A stretch of 10,958 bases of DNA, from positions 1 through 10,958 of the forward strand of contig JAHLWH010000093.1 of NCBI GenBank assembly GCA_019058015.1. Reading direction: 5' to 3'. The notes beneath the pieces were generated by a model. The model worked only from the letters and a program-made list of their open reading frames with translations. It was not told the DNA's origin and did not search any database. A program made the position numbers and the translations under genes. Shown in pieces: positions 6,793 to 10,958 of this stretch; the first letter of the stretch is position 1; each line of letters begins with the position of its first letter. Source of the stretch: Promethearchaeota archaeon. GTDB taxonomy: Archaea; Asgardarchaeota; Lokiarchaeia; Sigyniarchaeales; SOKP01.

Positions 6793-8487
6793 GTGTATCT
6801 CTTGAAAGCATTAATTACTGCAGAAATTACTGAACCTGAATTAAATAGATTAAAAGAAAGAATAGAAGTTATATATGAACCTTGGAAAGAATCAGGTATA
6901 CTATATTTTGATGAAGATGAACTAATTGAAAAATTAAAAGGAATAGATATTCTCATCAGCGAGGGCGATAATGTAAAGAAAAGAGTAATTGAAGAATCTT
7001 CGCTTAAGATAATCGCCTCCTGTAGAAACGATCCAAATAATATAGATTTTAAAACGGCATCCGAAAAAAGGATACCTGTTATTTATACACCAAAAAGGAA
7101 TTCTGACTCAGTAGCCGATCTGACTCTTTGTTTAATTTTAGCACTCGCAAGAAATCTAACTAAAGTTGATAAATATTTACATTCAGAGGATTTTGAAATA
7201 AATGATTTAGAAGATTGGGTTAGGGATTATAAAAAATTTGAAGGAATTGAGCTTAAAGGTAAGACTATTGGAGTTGTTGGATTTGGCAATATAGGAAAAT
7301 TAGTTGTACAGAGACTGATTCCTTTTGGGGTGAATTTTTTAATCGCTGATCCTTTTGTTGATAAAGAGAAAGTGAAAGAATTTGGAATTCTTGTAGAATT
7401 AAAAGAATTAATGCGTAGATCAGATTTTATAACTTTACATCTTCCCCCAATAGAAGCGACTAATAATTTAATCAATGAAAAAATGATTTCATTAATGAAG
7501 TCCAGTGCTTACTTGATTAATACAGCAAAAGGAAACGTTTTAGATTATAGAGCTTTAAAGAAAGCTTTAATGGATAAAAAAATTGCTGGAGCTGCTCTTG
7601 ACGTTTTCCCTCTAGAACCAATAGATGAAGATAATGAATTTTTAAAATTTGAAAATGTAATAGTGCTACCTCATTATGGTGGAAATACAATTAGTGTTAT
7701 AAAAAGACATTCAAAAATGATTATTGATGATGTGCTATCAATATTAGATAATGAACCACCTAAGAATATAGCAAACCCCGAAGTTTTAGGAAAAATAGGA
7801 AATATTCTTAAAGAAAAAACAGAAGACTCTAATGTTCCATATTATGAATTACGAAAAAAATTAGCAGATGTTGGATTACAATTATTAAAAGAAGGTTTTG
7901 TTTCTGGCTCCTCAGGAAATTTATCTATTAGAATTCCTGATGAAGAAAAAATTGTTATAACTCCAAGTAATGTAAAATATGAATTTATCAAGTCAAAAGA
8001 TATCTTAGTTTTAGATTTTGATGGAAATGTTCTAATTGGTGATAAAAATCCATCAGTTGAAAAAATAATGCACTTAACTATTTATAAAAAACGACCTGAT
8101 GTAGGAGCAATTATCCATTCTCATGGAGTTTACTCAACGGTACTAAGTCTCTTAAATCTTAATATACCACCCGTAATTGAAGAATTTGTTCCATATATTG
8201 GGGGAGAAGTAAAAGTGGCAGAATATGGTGAAGCTGGTTCCGAAGAAATTGCCGAGTATGCACTTAAAGCTTTAGGCGATACAAATGCTGTTATTTTAGC
8301 TAATCATGGAAATCTCTGTTGTGGAAGCCATATAGAAGGAGCATTGGAAGTTTTAAAAATGTTAGAAAGAACCGCTAAAATCTACTTATTTGCTAAATTA
8401 TTAGGCGAACCAAGGGAATTGCCCGAAGATACTGTGGACTATGAGCTTGATGTATTCGAGCTTTTCAAAGAGAGCAAAAAGGTATAA
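6793..8487 (+). CDS. Fusion protein: YoaD-like D-isomer-specific 2-hydroxyacid dehydrogenase (about aa 1-330) plus class II aldolase/adducin domain (FucA-like, about aa 350-564)
   Basis: Dehydrogenase motifs RNSDSVAD, GVVGFGNIG, ADPF, INTAKG, LDVFPLEP, PHYGG; aldolase motifs GSSGNLS, ITPS, PSVE, HSH, NHG. One uninterrupted frame with a linker. The likelier start is TTG at 6802 (MKALITAE), preceded by GGGTG at 6791-6795. Confidence 0.92.
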   Translation: MYLLKALITAEITEPELNRLKERIEVIYEPWKESGILYFDEDELIEKLKGIDILISEGDNVKKRVIEESSLKIIASCRNDPNNIDFKTASEKRIPVIYTPKRNSDSVADLTLCLILALARNLTKVDKYLHSEDFEINDLEDWVRDYKKFEGIELKGKTIGVVGFGNIGKLVVQRLIPFGVNFLIADPFVDKEKVKEFGILVELKELMRRSDFITLHLPPIEATNNLINEKMISLMKSSAYLINTAKGNVLDYRALKKALMDKKIAGAALDVFPLEPIDEDNEFLKFENVIVLPHYGGNTISVIKRHSKMIIDDVLSILDNEPPKNIANPEVLGKIGNILKEKTEDSNVPYYELRKKLADVGLQLLKEGFVSGSSGNLSIRIPDEEKIVITPSNVKYEFIKSKDILVLDFDGNVLIGDKNPSVEKIMHLTIYKKRPDVGAIIHSHGVYSTVLSLLNLNIPPVIEEFVPYIGGEVKVAEYGEAGSEEIAEYALKALGDTNAVILANHGNLCCGSHIEGALEVLKMLERTAKIYLFAKLLGEPRELPEDTVDYELDVFELFKESKKV

Positions 8488-8521
8488 TCATTAAGTTTAT
8501 TTCTATTATCATTTATTAATT

Positions 8522-9004
8522 TTATTTTATCTTATTTAATATTCCACCTGCTTCTAATATCTCTACTAAAAATTTAGGAATTTTACACATCTGAATTTTG
8601 ACCTTTTTTGTTTCATTTACAATTTCTTCATTCTTTAAAGAAATTTTTAAAATATCTCCTTCAGAGAATTTCTTTTTTACATCATTAATTTTTAGAGCAG
8701 GGACACCAAGATTAATTAGATTTCGAAAGTAGATTCGAGCAAATGATTCTGCTATTACAGTTTCAATTCCTAAAACTTTTAAAACATTAACTGCTTCTTC
8801 TCTAGAACTTCCCGACCCAAAATTTTTACCTGCAACAATAATATCGCCTTTTCTCACGTTTTGAACAAAATCTGGTCTTACATTCTCTAAAACGTGTTTT
8901 GCAATTTCACCATTATCCCTTAAAATTAAATATCGATGAGGTATGATATCATCAGTATTTATATTATCGCCGAATAAAAAAACTCTACCTTTAATCTCCT
9001 TCAT
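8522..9004 (-). CDS. leuD: 3-isopropylmalate dehydratase small subunit (LeuD/HacB/DmdB family)
   Basis: FGDNINTDDIIP, GKNFGSGSSREEA and SFARIYFRNLINLG motifs; GAGGTG ribosome-binding site in the last codons of the upstream gene. Confidence 0.93.
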   Translation of the reverse strand: MKEIKGRVFLFGDNINTDDIIPHRYLILRDNGEIAKHVLENVRPDFVQNVRKGDIIVAGKNFGSGSSREEAVNVLKVLGIETVIAESFARIYFRNLINLGVPALKINDVKKKFSEGDILKISLKNEEIVNETKKVKIQMCKIPKFLVEILEAGGILNKIK

Positions 9005-9013
9005 AATATTGTG

Positions 9014-10291
9014 TTACACCTCTCTTGGATCAACAATTTTTCCCTTTAATGCGGAAGCAACAGTGGTTGTTGGTGAGGCTAAATATATTTGCGATGTAAT
9101 ATCACCCATTCTCCCAATAAAATTTCTATTCGTAGTACTTATACAAATCTCACTTGGACCCAATACACCTAAATGACCTCCAATACAAGGTCCACAAGTT
9201 GGATTCCCAACTATTGCTCCTGAATTAAGGAAGATTTCAATTTATCCTTCCCTTATGGCTTTTAAATAATTTTCTTGTGAAGCTGGAATAACAATTAATC
9301 TAACATCTGGATGAATTTTTTTATTTTTTAAAATTTGGGCTGCTTGACGCAGATCTTCTAGCCTTCCATTTGTGCAACTACCCAAGAAAGCTTGATCAAT
9401 TTTAATTTCCGGTAATTCTGATACAGGCACTACATTATCAGGACTTGGTGGTTTTGCTACAACAGGCACTATTTGGGATAAATCATAATTAAATTCTTCT
9501 ATATAGACTGCATTATCATCAGGCATTGTAAGTTTATAGTTAGAAATTGACCTTCCTTTTAACCATTCAACTATTTTATTATCCGGTATGAATATTCCAC
9601 TCTTTGCTCCTGCTTCTACTACCATGTTGGAGACTGTCATTCGAGAATCAATAGAGAGAGATTTAACCCCATCTCCATGAAACTCCATAGATTTATATTC
9701 TGCACCACCGATTGAAAGATCTCTAATTATTTGCAAGATTAAATCTTTAGACATTACTTTTTCTCTTAATTGTCCTTTAAGGGAGAACTTTTGTGTTTCA
9801 GGAACCATAAACCATAATTTTCCTGTTGCAAACACCACCGACACGTCGGTTGCACCAATACCGGTCGAGAAACAATTGAAAGCTCCATATGTTGTTGTAT
9901 GGCTATCTGACCCAACAATTAGCATTCCAGGTCTTGCGAAACCTAATTCTGGTAAAACTTGATGGCATATTCCCTTATCCATACCAATATCATGTTTAAA
10001 TTTATATTTTTTGGCAAATTTTCGACAATCTTGGTGCATTTTAGCTGCTTCTATTGAAGGTGCCGGAACCCAATGGTCAAGAATAAAGAATATTTTATCT
10101 GGATCCCATACTTTATCGAGCTCGAGTTTTTCATATTCCTTATGGATGCGTCCACCAATTTGCTCATGAACCATAACAAGATCGATATCTGCTTCAATAA
10201 ATTCTCCAGGTGACACTGATTTGTTGGAGGAATGTTCGCTTAAAATCTTCTCAGCAATGGTTTTTCCAGAATTTTCAGTCAATAATTTCAC
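9014..10291 (-). pseudogene. leuC: 3-isopropylmalate dehydratase large subunit (LeuC/HacA family) interrupted by an in-frame TAA at 9244-9242 (nonsense allele or sequence error)
   Basis: TIAEKIL, DHWVP, GICHQ, GSDSHTTTYGA and GSCTNGR motifs. After AIREG* the same frame continues [27 protein letters not shown]...[12 protein letters not shown]...YLASP...GKIVDPREV* to 9014, giving 425 codons before the natural stop. Confidence 0.88.
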
Positions 10292-10310
10292 AAAATAAAT
10301 TGAATAATAA

Positions 10311-10318
10311 TTATATAA
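10311..10318 (-). promoter_or_regulatory. Candidate TATA box for leuCD
   Basis: TTATATAA lies 20-27 nt upstream of GTG 10291 (alternative TTG start at 10282), which would imply a leaderless or very short-leader transcript. Confidence 0.35.
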
Positions 10319-10328
10319 GATATTGTTT

Positions 10329-10958
10329 TTAGCTATAAAATCTTTTCAATACTCTTAGTGCGTTCAAAGTATTCCATTTGCTTAATTTTCCTTTTCGTTC
10401 AATACTTGTTTGAAAACGTCCATTGAATATTCGTTCCATTTTCCATTTACCCTCATTATCTTGTTTTTTAATCACAAGATCAATAGCATCTTGCATTCTC
10501 TCATCATTGTAACCTAAATTAAGTAAGATTTCCAACATCTCCAAGGCATCAGTTTGCCATAGTCGAGGAAATCCAAAAATTATCCAGTCTTTGTGGGCAA
10601 TTTGAGACAAATCATGACTTTTTTTATAGAGATGATGATTAAACAAGTAGTCAACTGATTTTTCAATCGTATTTTTAATACTTTTGGAGCGTTTATTTGG
10701 AGGAATTTCTGCGAGTGCCTTTAATGTCTTTACTATACCCATGTGGCATGTGTGTGTTCCCCAACATTTTTCATATCTATAAGGCCAACCTTGTGGAGCT
10801 TCTACTATTCCATCATCAAAACGTTGATATTGTACAAACCAGTCAATTGCTTTTTGAATTCGTGGGTCATCTAAATAACCAAATCTAATCATAGTCCAAA
10901 CCATATTACCGGTTAAGAATGGAATTATTGCATCACGGTTACCTCCATTATTGAAATC
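10329..10958 (-). CDS. Partial CDS (5' end outside window): alpha/alpha-barrel prenyltransferase/terpene-cyclase-like repeat protein of unknown function
   Basis: The frame stays open past the ORF-track ATG (10904) to the edge: DFNNGGNRDAIIPFLTGNMVW. It has QW-like repeats (KAIDWFVQYQRFDDG, DAIDLVIKKQDNEGKW) plus FGFP.WQTDALE and SKWNTL.ALRVLK. Confidence 0.75.
   Translation of the reverse strand, partial: DFNNGGNRDAIIPFLTGNMVWTMIRFGYLDDPRIQKAIDWFVQYQRFDDGIVEAPQGWPYRYEKCWGTHTCHMGIVKTLKALAEIPPNKRSKSIKNTIEKSVDYLFNHHLYKKSHDLSQIAHKDWIIFGFPRLWQTDALEMLEILLNLGYNDERMQDAIDLVIKKQDNEGKWKMERIFNGRFQTSIERKGKLSKWNTLNALRVLKRFYS

Noticed and set aside
6726-7475. Minus-strand ORFs 6726-6956 and 7227-7475
   Set aside because: Antisense shadows of the SCP2 and dehydrogenase genes.
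8943-9176. 77-aa plus-strand ORF that seems to fill the gap between leuC and leuD
   Set aside because: The apparent gap is the C-terminal part of leuC on the minus strand beyond the premature stop.
9242-9244. Genetic-code reassignment, selenocysteine or pyrrolysine at the leuC stop
   Set aside because: The codon is TAA, not TGA or TAG, and TAA is the normal terminator of most genes in this window.
10697-10888. 63-aa plus-strand ORF
   Set aside because: Antisense within the alpha/alpha-barrel gene.
1-10958. CRISPR array, tRNA/rRNA gene, IS element or integrase
   Set aside because: No regularly spaced repeats, GC-rich structured RNA segment, transposase ORF or terminal inverted repeats were seen by eye.

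Overview
Very AT-rich prokaryotic window, most likely archaeal. The gene families, BRE/TATA-like promoters and GAGGT(G) ribosome-binding sites point that way; an Asgard/Lokiarchaeota-like origin is only an inference. From left to right: the acidic N-terminus of a truncated gene (possibly ribosomal protein uS2), a membrane protein, a divergent pair of DUF89 damage-control phosphatase and HD-domain hydrolase, a vapBC toxin-antitoxin module whose toxin lacks a canonical start codon, and a class I/II PLP aminotransferase. Next comes a three-gene cluster: a YoaC/LsrK-like FGGY kinase, an SCP2 sterol-carrier-domain protein, and a YoaD-like D-2-hydroxyacid dehydrogenase fused to a class II aldolase, preceded by a perfect 16-bp palindrome. 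A convergent leuCD-type dehydratase pair follows, with an in-frame TAA interrupting the large subunit, and then a 5'-truncated alpha/alpha-barrel (prenyltransferase/terpene-cyclase-like) gene. The kinase-SCP2-dehydrogenase/aldolase cluster is the best candidate for an undescribed system. Family assignments come from motif recognition and recalled sequences; no database searches were run.
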